DNA of 63,608 nt from a virus. Its lineage: Duplodnaviria > Caudoviricetes. Below are positions 28,765-38,224 of this stretch, piece by piece. The stretch is from the IMG/VR virus record IMGVR_UViG_3300032282_004026, positions 1 to 63,608 of that record. The stretch is one strand, 5' to 3'. Under the pieces are notes generated by a model. That model was not told the origin of the DNA. It made no database searches and saw nothing but the letters and a program-made list of their open reading frames with translations. The stretch's first letter is position 1; every line of letters begins with the position of its first letter. A program made the translations under genes and the position numbers.

Positions 28765-31650
28765 TTAATAAGTTCCACCATCAATTTGGAATCCATCCAA
28801 TGTAGAAGTTGCTGCTCCTGCACCAGTGATATTTAATCCAACGTACATACTCTTAGTAACTGACATACCACCTGATAACACCACTGCTGCAGTTGTTAAG
28901 TTAGTAGAATCAGTTGCATTAGTGAAGGTAGTTAAACCAGAAGAAGTCAGAGTCGTAAATGCTGCTGTACTTGGGCTAGAAGAACCAATACTTGAGTTAG
29001 TAATTGTCTTATTAGTTAATGTTTCTGTTCCAGACAATGTAGCAAGAGTACCAGTTGTTGGAAGAGTAACGTTAGTCGCCGCAGTTGCAGTTAATGTAGT
29101 AGCAAATGCACCTGCTGTAGAGAATGCACCAGCTGTACTTACGTTACCAGCAAGAGTAATAGTATAAGAACCATTATTAACACCAGTACCACCATATGTT
29201 GGATTAACAATTGTACCTTGCCAAGTACCAGTTCCAATTGTACCTAATGTAGTAATTGAAGTTTGACCAACATATGTAGATGCAATATCGACGCTATCAG
29301 CATTAACTGTAATTCTATTTGCTGTGCCGATAACATCAAGTGTGTTACCAGTCTTAGTCATACCGCCACCAGCCGTAATTTGACCAGCGCCAGAGAATTG
29401 AACAAATGCTAATCCAGTAGAATCTAATGTGATAGTTCCATTAGTTGTTAGTACCCAACCAGAATCTGCGTTTGTAGTACCTTCTTCAACAAAGGTGAAT
29501 AGACCAGAAGTAATTTCAGTACCTGGTGTATTATCAAAGTCACCAGCACGAGTCATTACCCAAGCTGCTGCACCTGAACCTACGTTAGTAACAGTATAGA
29601 TACCGTTCTGAGAAGATGTTGCTTGATCTTTAACAAGTACACGATCATTAGCTGCAAGAGTAACACCATCAATTACTAATGCTGCAAGTGTGCCAGCGTT
29701 TGTAAGAGTCTTACCTACGCCAGAATACGTAACTGTTAGTGCTGCAGTTGTTGCTGCACGTACAGAATCCTTAACATCAAGACCTGTCTTAACTGCGTCA
29801 ACATAAGCTTTAGTTGCTGCGTCTTGAGCTTGTGTAGGATCTGCAACAGAAGTGATTCTCTTAGATGCAACATCGACTGTACCGTTACCGTTTGGAACTA
29901 AGTTAACGTTAGTGTTTGTACCACCAGCAGTAAATGTTAGTGCACCAGAACCAGTGATAGAACCGTTACTAGATCCTGTACCACCATAAAGAATATCAAT
30001 GATGTTACCTTGATAGTAAGATCCAGTTGAAATAGTCTTATTAGTTAGTGTCTCGGTATTAGCAAGAGTTGCTAGTGTTCCAGTTGTTGGAAGTGTAACA
30101 CTTGTAGCAGCTGTTGCAGTTAACGTAGTAGCAAATGCACCAGCTACACTGAATGCACCAGCAGTTGTTAAGTTACCAGCTAAGTCAATATTACCTTGAA
30201 GTTTAATGCTGCGAGCAGCGTTAACCATATCAAGAGTAAGGGTTCTACCTGCAGTTAATGCAGTAGAAGATACCGCAGCGATAGTAACATCGTATGCAGC
30301 AGAGGTATCACGAAGAGCAAAGTTAGTAATTGCAATATGACTACCACCAGTAATTGCTGGTGTAGTAATAGTTGGAGTGTTATTGAATACTAATAAACCA
30401 GAACCAGTCTCATCTGTCATTGCTGCAAGAATTTGTGCAGAAGTAGCAGTAAGAGTGTTATTAGCAAGGTTGATAGACTTATTAGTAAGAGTATCGCTCG
30501 TAGCTTTACCAACCAATGTATCTGTTGAAGCTGGAAGAGTTAATGTACCAGAAGCAGCTGCAGATGCAAGAACTGTAGTTGTACCAGAAGTTGAACCAGC
30601 AAATTTAACACCAGTATTACCGAATGTAGGTAGTGTTGAAAGAACAACTGTTGCGCCTGTACCAGTTACCGCATTAACGGTGTTAGTGTTAATCTTTAAT
30701 ACGTTACCAAGATCATTAGTATCAAAAGTCTTATTCGTGAAAGTGTCTGTAGTTGCTTTACCAACTAATGTATCGGTCGCAGCTGGAAGAGTTAAAGTAG
30801 TTGAACCTGCAGTTGCAGAAGCTACTACAGTAGTTGCTCCGGAAGTAGATCCAGTAAAGACTGCGCTAGTTCCAAGTGTTAATGCTTGAGCAATATTACC
30901 TGTTCCAGCAACCCAAATATTCTTAGCAACACCTACACCACCAGCAGTAACTATAGCACCAGTTGTAGCGCTAGTTGATTGCGTGGTATTTAATACGTTA
31001 AACTTAGTAGCATCTAATTGAGCAACTTCAATATTTGTAGTAACACCTGTTCCTGCATAGAAATGCAAGATATCATCTGACGCACCAGGAGAACTTTCTG
31101 GGATGATGTATGTTAGACCATCGACAGATCTAACGTTTAATAATGATACCCATTGCGATCCAGTATAACCTTCAAATATTGAAGCGTCCGTATTGTAACG
31201 AATAGTAGAAGTAGTTGTTGGACCACGTTGAGCAGCAGTACCAGATGGGATTACTAATCCATTAGTACCTGATATGGTTACGTAACCCGTGCCATTCGGT
31301 GTTAATGTAATACCACCGTTAGTGTTTGTAGCGGAAATTGTATTAACTGTAGAATATAAGTTACCTACATACCACTTATCAATAACACCAGTTGAACTTA
31401 AAATAGGTACACTAGTATTGTTTGTCGTTAAAGTACCTGCAACGCCTGACATTAAATCGGTATAATACTTACCGCCGATTACATAGTGATTAGCTGCGTT
31501 ACCCGCAGTTTCTGTACCAAAACCAATATAAAGACGATCACCGCCATTTGATTGAGTACCAGACAACGCAGAATATGCTAATTCACCCGTACCAAGTGTT
31601 GATGGGTTTCCTACGGTAGGAGAACGTTTAATTCTAATTATAGATGACAT
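28765..31650 (-). CDS. Long Thr/Gly-rich tail fibre with Mtd-N-like head and DGGTY tail
   Basis: IRIKRS....P..L..GELAY head; TLTNKT repeats; DAATKAYVD...GLD.K.SV; IDG......RVLVKDQ....NGIY; ends IDGGTY. Confidence 0.85.
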   Translation of the reverse strand: MSSIIRIKRSPTVGNPSTLGTGELAYSALSGTQSNGGDRLYIGFGTETAGNAANHYVIGGKYYTDLMSGVAGTLTTNNTSVPILSSTGVIDKWYVGNLYSTVNTISATNTNGGITLTPNGTGYVTISGTNGLVIPSGTAAQRGPTTTSTIRYNTDASIFEGYTGSQWVSLLNVRSVDGLTYIIPESSPGASDDILHFYAGTGVTTNIEVAQLDATKFNVLNTTQSTSATTGAIVTAGGVGVAKNIWVAGTGNIAQALTLGTSAVFTGSTSGATTVVASATAGSTTLTLPAATDTLVGKATTDTFTNKTFDTNDLGNVLKINTNTVNAVTGTGATVVLSTLPTFGNTGVKFAGSTSGTTTVLASAAASGTLTLPASTDTLVGKATSDTLTNKSINLANNTLTATSAQILAAMTDETGSGLLVFNNTPTITTPAITGGSHIAITNFALRDTSAAYDVTIAAVSSTALTAGRTLTLDMVNAARSIKLQGNIDLAGNLTTAGAFSVAGAFATTLTATAATSVTLPTTGTLATLANTETLTNKTISTGSYYQGNIIDILYGGTGSSNGSITGSGALTFTAGGTNTNVNLVPNGNGTVDVASKRITSVADPTQAQDAATKAYVDAVKTGLDVKDSVRAATTAALTVTYSGVGKTLTNAGTLAALVIDGVTLAANDRVLVKDQATSSQNGIYTVTNVGSGAAAWVMTRAGDFDNTPGTEITSGLFTFVEEGTTNADSGWVLTTNGTITLDSTGLAFVQFSGAGQITAGGGMTKTGNTLDVIGTANRITVNADSVDIASTYVGQTSITTLGTIGTGTWQGTIVNPTYGGTGVNNGSYTITLAGNVSTAGAFSTAGAFATTLTATAATNVTLPTTGTLATLSGTETLTNKTITNSSIGSSSPSTAAFTTLTSSGLTTFTNATDSTNLTTAAVVLSGGMSVTKSMYVGLNITGAGAATSTLDGFQIDGGTY

Positions 31651-31660
31651 TTATTTTCCT

Positions 31661-31876
31661 TTAATATTGTCCGCCTTCGATGGCTTGCGCTTCAAGAGTT
31701 CGTGTAGCCGTCCATTTTTGCGTAACAGTTTTATACACTAAAACAGAACCATCGCGAATTTCTGTTATGTCCATATCTTGAGCTTCGTTAATTTTAAACG
31801 CAGTACTACCAGATGGACCCTGAATTCCAACCGAAACTACTTGCTTAGGAGCAACTGGATTAACTATTACTTTCAT
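31661..31876 (-). CDS. Small fibre connector-like protein ending EGGQY
   Basis: GIQGP.G, DGSVLVY.....KW, IEGGQY. Confidence 0.7.
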   Translation of the reverse strand: MKVIVNPVAPKQVVSVGIQGPSGSTAFKINEAQDMDITEIRDGSVLVYKTVTQKWTATRTLEAQAIEGGQY

Positions 31877-32211
31877 GGTATTCTTGTGATCTCTGGATTG
31901 ATAGTAACAATGCCCTCTACTACACGAGTTTTTACGGGAATTGCATTGACAATTTCTACATCATACATAAATCTTCCAGGTCTAATAGCAGAACTTTGCA
32001 CTCCAGAAAGACTTAGACTTATGATTCCATTAATGGCATCAACTACAGCAGTTTGAAACGTATATCCTATGACAGATCCATAACTCTTTCTGAACTGTGA
32101 ATAAACTGTAAATCCACGTAAATCCATAGGAGTTCCGTCATCATTTTCCAAGATCATTTGAGTTACAAAATCAGATCCCTGATCAATTTCTAAATTTGCT
32201 AATACGGCCAT
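31873..32211 (-). CDS. Conserved Ig/BppU-like virion protein
   Basis: NL.IDQG.DF.......D.GTP.DL.G....Q.RK.Y...GR..YDVEI.....RVVEG...I.P.IT, typical of T4-like cyanomyophage structural regions. Confidence 0.75.
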   Translation of the reverse strand: MAVLANLEIDQGSDFVTQMILENDDGTPMDLRGFTVYSQFRKSYGSVIGYTFQTAVVDAINGIISLSLSGVQSSAIRPGRFMYDVEIVNAIPVKTRVVEGIVTINPEITRIP

Positions 32212-32227
32212 ATTGAATTCCTCTTAC

Positions 32228-34408
32228 TTATTTATTAGCAATTTGTTTTTGGAGATCTTCAACTTTAGCATTTAATTCTTTGATAGCTTCAATTAGAACG
32301 CCAACCATATTTCCATAAGCAACTGATAACATACCATCTTGATCTTCAGATACAAGTTCTGGAATAACTTTTTGAACTTCTTGAGCAATAACACCAAGAC
32401 TCTTCTTATTTTCTAGATCCGTTCTTTCATAGGTAACGCCTCTTAATTGTTCTACTTTATTAAGAGCGTTATCTATAGTTTTAACATTTCCCTTAACACG
32501 AGAATCAGAATAAGCAGTTACGTCGCCCTTTGCCCAGACAGATCCATCATGTTTAATATAGAATAGATCTACCCAAGAAATATTATCAACGGAATTATAT
32601 TGACTTGCTCTTTGGAAAGAGTGTGATCTACCAGCTAATCCTTGTGTTAAACCAGTAACAAATCTAGTAGGATAAGTATCAAAATTATTTACAATAGAAG
32701 TATTAGAATTATTTGCAAGAGCAACACCCCAGAAATAACTAACATCATCATCAGTAGTTTTTCTGAATACTGCTGATGTTCCATTAACAATAGGACCGAT
32801 TGAAAGGCCACTTCTAATTGAAACTTCAAGTCCACCACCAAAAGTACATAATGTACTAGTTGTAGAACCACGAGAAACTACGTTAGCAAGAGTAGATATT
32901 TCACTATATGATGTTAGATAGCTATTCGTATCTATGGTATAAGTATCTGCTGTTGCGCCACGTCTAATGAAACCAGCACCAGCCGTTGACATTAATGTTG
33001 CAAGCGCACTTAGAGCTGGACCTACCTTTAAGTCCAACGATCTCGCTGTAGAAGAGTTAGCAGAATATGCACCACTTAGTGCAAAAGTAATAGAGCTACC
33101 AGAATCTGCTGCAGCAATTGAGCTTACAGTAAGAGCACCATCTCCAACTGATGGTGAAGATATTTTAATAGTATCAGCATTAGGAGATGATATTGTAGTA
33201 CCACCATCACCCTGAAATAATACATTATCAGTACCTGATCCGGATCCACCAGCTGTTAAACCTAAATTAGCACCACCCGTTCCAGCTGCTGATCCAATTG
33301 AATATGTTGTATTAGTATCAGTGTCTGTATAGCTAGAATTAATAGTAATAGTTTGTCCAGATTGAGTAATAGATACATTAGTACCAGCAGCAAATGCGAC
33401 TTCGCCAGATACTGCAGTGCCAGTACCACCTTTAACAGTAGTGACAGTATTAGTATCAATATCTGTACCCCACGTAGGTACACCGCCTGATAACTTAAGA
33501 ACTTGACCATCAGTTCCTTTAGCTAATCTAGAAATTGCAGTTGTACTAGATGCATAGAAAATATCGCCTGCCGCTAAAGTAGTTAATCCAGTTCCGCCCT
33601 GCAATGGAGGAATTGCTTTACCAGCCCACTGACCTACAAAATATTGCGCATATACATAACGGCCTAGTCTCATATCTCCAACACTATCACGTAATACGAA
33701 TGAAGTTTGGCTTCCTTTTAATACATAGCCACCGCCTGTACTAGTTTCATTTATACCAGTCTGAGCATATGTAAATTTATTTAGAGCTGGTATTGAAGTA
33801 ATAGTAACATCAACTGCTCCCCAGAAGCCACCCATTGTGTTTTCATACATTACTGTTACTTGATCATTTACTGCAAATCCATGATTACTACTAGTAGTAA
33901 TAGTAACTACATTACTAGTTCTATCATATCCAGAAATAAGAATAGAGTTTGGATAAAACGAAGTATATGGAAGTTGTTGAACTCTATTGCTCGATAAAAC
34001 ATCAATATTATTAATCTTAAACGTTTTACCAGAAGCCAAATTCCAGTTTTCGCTTGATGTCCAGTTTGCATTGGTACTATCCCAGATAATGGTCTTATCT
34101 GTAGCACCTTTAAGAGTAATACCACCACCATTTGCAGTAGTATCTGTAGGAGAATCAACTGCGCCTAATTCAATATTCTTATCGTCAACATTTAATGTAG
34201 CAGTATTAATAATAGTATTTGAACCGGTGATAGTAAGATCGCCACTGATAGTAACGTTACCACTAATCGTGCCACCGGTCTTTTCAAACTTAGCAGAATC
34301 AAGAGAATAGAAGTTCGTGTCAATATCAGCATTTGACAATTGACTACCTGTTGCATCAGAACCCCAAGCTGAACTTGGTTTTGAACCTCTGTATTTTAGA
34401 AATGCCAT
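32228..34408 (-). CDS. Tail fibre with C-terminal peptidase S74 chaperone
   Basis: GDVTAYSDSRVK.NV..I.NAL.KV.QLRGV, GVIAQEV..V.PE.V, SVAYGNMVGVLIEAIKEL; V.DKNIELG module. Confidence 0.9.
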   Translation of the reverse strand: MAFLKYRGSKPSSAWGSDATGSQLSNADIDTNFYSLDSAKFEKTGGTISGNVTISGDLTITGSNTIINTATLNVDDKNIELGAVDSPTDTTANGGGITLKGATDKTIIWDSTNANWTSSENWNLASGKTFKINNIDVLSSNRVQQLPYTSFYPNSILISGYDRTSNVVTITTSSNHGFAVNDQVTVMYENTMGGFWGAVDVTITSIPALNKFTYAQTGINETSTGGGYVLKGSQTSFVLRDSVGDMRLGRYVYAQYFVGQWAGKAIPPLQGGTGLTTLAAGDIFYASSTTAISRLAKGTDGQVLKLSGGVPTWGTDIDTNTVTTVKGGTGTAVSGEVAFAAGTNVSITQSGQTITINSSYTDTDTNTTYSIGSAAGTGGANLGLTAGGSGSGTDNVLFQGDGGTTISSPNADTIKISSPSVGDGALTVSSIAAADSGSSITFALSGAYSANSSTARSLDLKVGPALSALATLMSTAGAGFIRRGATADTYTIDTNSYLTSYSEISTLANVVSRGSTTSTLCTFGGGLEVSIRSGLSIGPIVNGTSAVFRKTTDDDVSYFWGVALANNSNTSIVNNFDTYPTRFVTGLTQGLAGRSHSFQRASQYNSVDNISWVDLFYIKHDGSVWAKGDVTAYSDSRVKGNVKTIDNALNKVEQLRGVTYERTDLENKKSLGVIAQEVQKVIPELVSEDQDGMLSVAYGNMVGVLIEAIKELNAKVEDLQKQIANK

Positions 34409-34435
34409 TTCTTTTTTCCTTAAATTTCTATACTA

Positions 34436-34443
34436 TATTTATT
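34436..34443 (-). promoter_or_regulatory. Late promoter variant AATAAATA
   Basis: In the gap upstream of the second S74 fibre, with AAGGA SD downstream. Confidence 0.55.
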
Positions 34444-34460
34444 GACATTAGAATATACTA

Positions 34461-36041
34461 TTATTCACCACCACCACCACCATCACCACCGCCGCCATCA
34501 CTACCACCTGATGATCCACCAGCATCACCAGCGCCTGATCCACCACCATCACCAGAAGAGCTACCAGCGCCGTCAGTACCAGAGTCTTGACCGAATGTTC
34601 CACTGTCAAACCCTCCACCACCTGGATCATAATAATCATAGTAAGCACGAGGAGGAACTCCAAACGGTGGATACATATCACCAGAAGTATTATTCATCAG
34701 TCCACTTAACGCTATGTATGTTGGAGTTTCATTACCATAAACTTTAATCCAAACAGAACCTCGCTTAACGTATAGATAGGGAATTCTGACCCATTGCCCA
34801 TTTTGTTTTATATTAATTTCATTAATTGGCTTCCATTCGAAGTTATCGTTATTTGCTACTTCTAATGAATTAACATTATAATTATCTCGAGTAGTCCAAA
34901 TAATTTCTCCAGATGCAGTAGGACCTCTATAAATTCTACCTGCAACTCCCCCTGGACCACCAAGATTAGTGTCTTGTATAGTTATAGTATGATAACCGGC
35001 TTTAACATATATTTGCTTACCGTTTATCACGTTCCAATTTTCTATTCTTCCGCTTGGTAAATTCATTATGGTAGTATCATCTACTTTCATAGTACCATAA
35101 TCGTCTAATGTTAATTGCACATAATAATTTCCACTAACTGGAAAATACACATTCCAAGTAAATGTATCTACGCCAGAAGTATTTATTGTTGGAGTATAAA
35201 AATCATATGCATAAACAAAATCCCATTCACTTCCATCAGCCATTACCTGTGAAGCATATGTATACACTCCGCTATATTGTTGAGCTTTAGCTATAGTGTC
35301 TGGAGGAGGAGAAGAACTTGGTCCATATACTATTGTGCCATCAATTACTACGCAATACTTACTAGGTGTAAAAAGAGTTCCATTGATTTTACCAAGCACG
35401 TAATACCCAGAAGTTCCTGCAGGCACTGTGTTAAAATTAGTTCCAGTCCATCCTCGAGTAGTTGGCGCTGGACCTGGGAATGGATTTGCCCAAGGATAAC
35501 TACTATATGCCTTAATGCTACTACTTATTGCAAGATTATAAGAAGGATTTAATAGTCCTCCAGAATATCCAGCATAAGCCCAATCTAATAATGGAGTATA
35601 ATACTTAGGCTCTGATAACGGATTAATTTCGCTTAATGTTGTCCAAAGTTCTGTAATTACAGAAGCATAATTTTGCTTAACTGATGTAGATGAAAGTAAA
35701 ATTGATTTTAAATATTTAATTCTTCCAGCAACACCAGCAGGACCACTACTGTTAGTAGCTGAAGTTTTGACTTTATGCCATCCTTGTGTAACATGTTTTC
35801 TAGCAGTCCAAACTGTTCTCCACGCCAGTTCATCTCCATTACTAGTGTTAACCATAGGAACATCATCTACATATAACACTGCATAGTTATCTGCAGATAA
35901 TTCAAAATCATAATCTTGAGAAGCTGGAAAGTATACTCTCCATTCTAAAACACTAGAAGTGATTCTTAAATCGATAGTGCCAAGAGACGAAGCATCTCTT
36001 AAAGCTCCACTCCATACAGCATAAGTGTTCATGAAGTTCAT
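34461..36041 (-). CDS. Protein with two PA14-like beta domains and a poly-Gly tail
   Basis: Two W.VYFP....Y..L..D(N/D)Y....VDD...G.H......N..GP.GVAGRI repeats. Confidence 0.7.
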   Translation of the reverse strand: MNFMNTYAVWSGALRDASSLGTIDLRITSSVLEWRVYFPASQDYDFELSADNYAVLYVDDVPMVNTSNGDELAWRTVWTARKHVTQGWHKVKTSATNSSGPAGVAGRIKYLKSILLSSTSVKQNYASVITELWTTLSEINPLSEPKYYTPLLDWAYAGYSGGLLNPSYNLAISSSIKAYSSYPWANPFPGPAPTTRGWTGTNFNTVPAGTSGYYVLGKINGTLFTPSKYCVVIDGTIVYGPSSSPPPDTIAKAQQYSGVYTYASQVMADGSEWDFVYAYDFYTPTINTSGVDTFTWNVYFPVSGNYYVQLTLDDYGTMKVDDTTIMNLPSGRIENWNVINGKQIYVKAGYHTITIQDTNLGGPGGVAGRIYRGPTASGEIIWTTRDNYNVNSLEVANNDNFEWKPINEINIKQNGQWVRIPYLYVKRGSVWIKVYGNETPTYIALSGLMNNTSGDMYPPFGVPPRAYYDYYDPGGGGFDSGTFGQDSGTDGAGSSSGDGGGSGAGDAGGSSGGSDGGGGDGGGGGE

Positions 36042-36053
36042 TTAGTATTTTCC

Positions 36054-38222
36054 TTATACAGCTTCAATATTTATGCGTGAAGTTTTACCACTACCAACAG
36101 TCTTTGGATCAGCTACAGTTACTAGAGTATCATTTACTACAACTACGTCTACATTTGTTCCAGTAACTACGTCTGTTGTAACTACTACAGTTTCAGTTAC
36201 TACCGGAATAACTGGAGGTATTGTAGGAGTGATAGGAATGGTTGTTGTGCCACCAGTAACTGGTGTTACGACTTTCTTACCACCAATATCTGGATTATCA
36301 GGAGTCACTGGTGTTGGAGTATCTACAGCATCATTTATTACAACATAAGCAGGAGTTTCCCAAGCTTCTAAATATGGAGCTTTTGAATAATACGTTGGAG
36401 TATGTTCAACAGTATAAGTTGTAATATTAGCCTTTTTCATTTTTACATATGAATTAGTTTTCAATGCGTCAAATGCTGCATATCCATTCCAACTTGCATC
36501 ATATACTGTATTGTCGCCACCATATGATGTAGGATCGCCAATATTAATATCGTATGAAGGAAGTACTTCTGATGAAATATACGACATACCATTTGAACCA
36601 GCTTGTCCTCCAATATCATTACCTGGAGCCGTTCCACCAGATCCACCGCGATATCCACCACCGCCACCACCTGCTCCACCACCATCCCCACGATGATATT
36701 GACCAGCAGCACCACGGCTGTCATATTCTCCATCAGTAGAATAAGTAAAATTATAGCATGCTACGAAATCTAAATCACTACCAACACCGCGGCCAGCAAT
36801 ATATGAATTGCCAATACTAGTGCCTCTTTTTACACCAGCAAATTTGCTATTTGTAGTTGAATTGTCTACAATTATTCCGTTTATAACTAGACACCAGGCA
36901 ATTTCATATGTTGCTCCTCCGCTTGGACCAGTAGTACTATCAGTGTAGCCTTTCACGCAAAAAGCTGAAGCTCCTGATGGAATCTGGCCAATAAATGGAT
37001 TCATTAATGTTGCATTATATGTTGTAACTACAGGATGATTTCTCGAGTACGCATAAGCTCTCTTAGGAACTAAATCATTATCAAATATAGAAGTGAAGCT
37101 ATAGCACTGAACTACATCAGCAGTAGTTGGACCAGTTGAGACTCTAGAAGATTCTCCTACATATTGAGGTGTTAACACAAGCTTTGTTGGAGGAGCAAAG
37201 GCTGATGGACCATATACTATTGTGCCCTCAATTACTACGCAATGCATAGTTCCATTAAATAATTCAGTCGTTCCTTCAATAGCGCCATCATAATACGCGC
37301 CGCCTGCGATATAATAACCAGATGTGCCAGCAGCAATTATATTCTGAAATGGATCTGTCATAATAGATCCTGTATACTTCTTTTCTAGTGAAGGATTTGC
37401 GCCAATATATCCAGCACCAAAGTTACCTCCACCGCCGCCACCGCCTCCACCAGCAGCAATTGCAACGATATTATTACTTCCATAATTAGGAGTTTTGACT
37501 ATTTCTTGCACGTCATAAATTGTAATAAAATCTCCTCCACCCGGCCAAGTTTCCCAAAGAGCGTATTCGCTCGATACAAGTTTATAAGGAATATAATTAG
37601 TTGGAGGAGTAGTCGTGCTATGGTATACTATAACACCATTAATAATTACCCAAAATTCACGTGCATTATTAATACTACTATTTTCATCTAAAGCTGCAGC
37701 GCTTCTGACAAAGAACCCGTTGCTAGTTGCAAGTGGACGTACTAAATAAAAAGGAGAAAAACCAGTTGTAGTAGAATCACTTTTAGTACCGACAATATAT
37801 GAAGATTTATGAATGATTGATGTATTAGTATATGTCACTTCTCCAAGAGTTGGAGTTGTAGTATTTTTCCATAATACAGTAGCACCGCCTCCTCCACCAC
37901 CAGCTCCACTAGCACCCGAAGGACCAGAATTTCCACCTCTACCTCCAGAGAAACCATCTACTGAAGTTCCACCAGCTCCACCAGCCTGAGTTCCCCAACC
38001 TTGAGCACCAGGAAGACCTCTGCTTCCAACTGCACAATATAGAACATCTCCCTTTTTTAAAGGGATTTTTCCTTTAACGGTATCGCCTGATACTCCACTT
38101 GATCCAGAATATCTATCATTTCCTCCTGGTCCACCGCCACCACCGACAATTACAAACGACAAAATGCAATCTGCAATTGCCGTTAATTTTTTAACAGTGC
38201 TGTCAAATGTAAAATCAATCAT
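36054..38222 (-). CDS. Glycine-rich adhesin-like protein with three internal repeats
   Basis: IVGGGGG, AGGGGGGAT and AAGGGGGGGGG motifs, interrupted by xxVI.G.IV repeats. Confidence 0.7.
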   Translation of the reverse strand: MIDFTFDSTVKKLTAIADCILSFVIVGGGGGPGGNDRYSGSSGVSGDTVKGKIPLKKGDVLYCAVGSRGLPGAQGWGTQAGGAGGTSVDGFSGGRGGNSGPSGASGAGGGGGGATVLWKNTTTPTLGEVTYTNTSIIHKSSYIVGTKSDSTTTGFSPFYLVRPLATSNGFFVRSAAALDENSSINNAREFWVIINGVIVYHSTTTPPTNYIPYKLVSSEYALWETWPGGGDFITIYDVQEIVKTPNYGSNNIVAIAAGGGGGGGGGNFGAGYIGANPSLEKKYTGSIMTDPFQNIIAAGTSGYYIAGGAYYDGAIEGTTELFNGTMHCVVIEGTIVYGPSAFAPPTKLVLTPQYVGESSRVSTGPTTADVVQCYSFTSIFDNDLVPKRAYAYSRNHPVVTTYNATLMNPFIGQIPSGASAFCVKGYTDSTTGPSGGATYEIAWCLVINGIIVDNSTTNSKFAGVKRGTSIGNSYIAGRGVGSDLDFVACYNFTYSTDGEYDSRGAAGQYHRGDGGGAGGGGGGYRGGSGGTAPGNDIGGQAGSNGMSYISSEVLPSYDINIGDPTSYGGDNTVYDASWNGYAAFDALKTNSYVKMKKANITTYTVEHTPTYYSKAPYLEAWETPAYVVINDAVDTPTPVTPDNPDIGGKKVVTPVTGGTTTIPITPTIPPVIPVVTETVVVTTDVVTGTNVDVVVVNDTLVTVADPKTVGSGKTSRINIEAV

Positions 38223-38224
38223 AT

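Noticed and set aside
25406-30889. Long + strand ORFs (e.g. 25796-26425, 30377-30889)
   Set aside because: Antisense shadows of Thr/Gly/Ala-rich fibre genes; low complexity and no expression signals.
22708-34408. Invertible tail-fibre cassette (shufflon or Gin-type)
   Set aside because: All fibre modules and repeats are in direct orientation; no inverted cassette or recombinase seen.
34442-34747. + strand poly-His ORF
   Set aside because: Antisense shadow of the GGT/GAT-rich poly-Gly tail of 34461-36041.
23321-37243. Repeat pairs as possible DGR template/variable regions
   Set aside because: Mismatches are mostly third-position and not adenine-specific; all copies are coding; no reverse transcriptase in the window.
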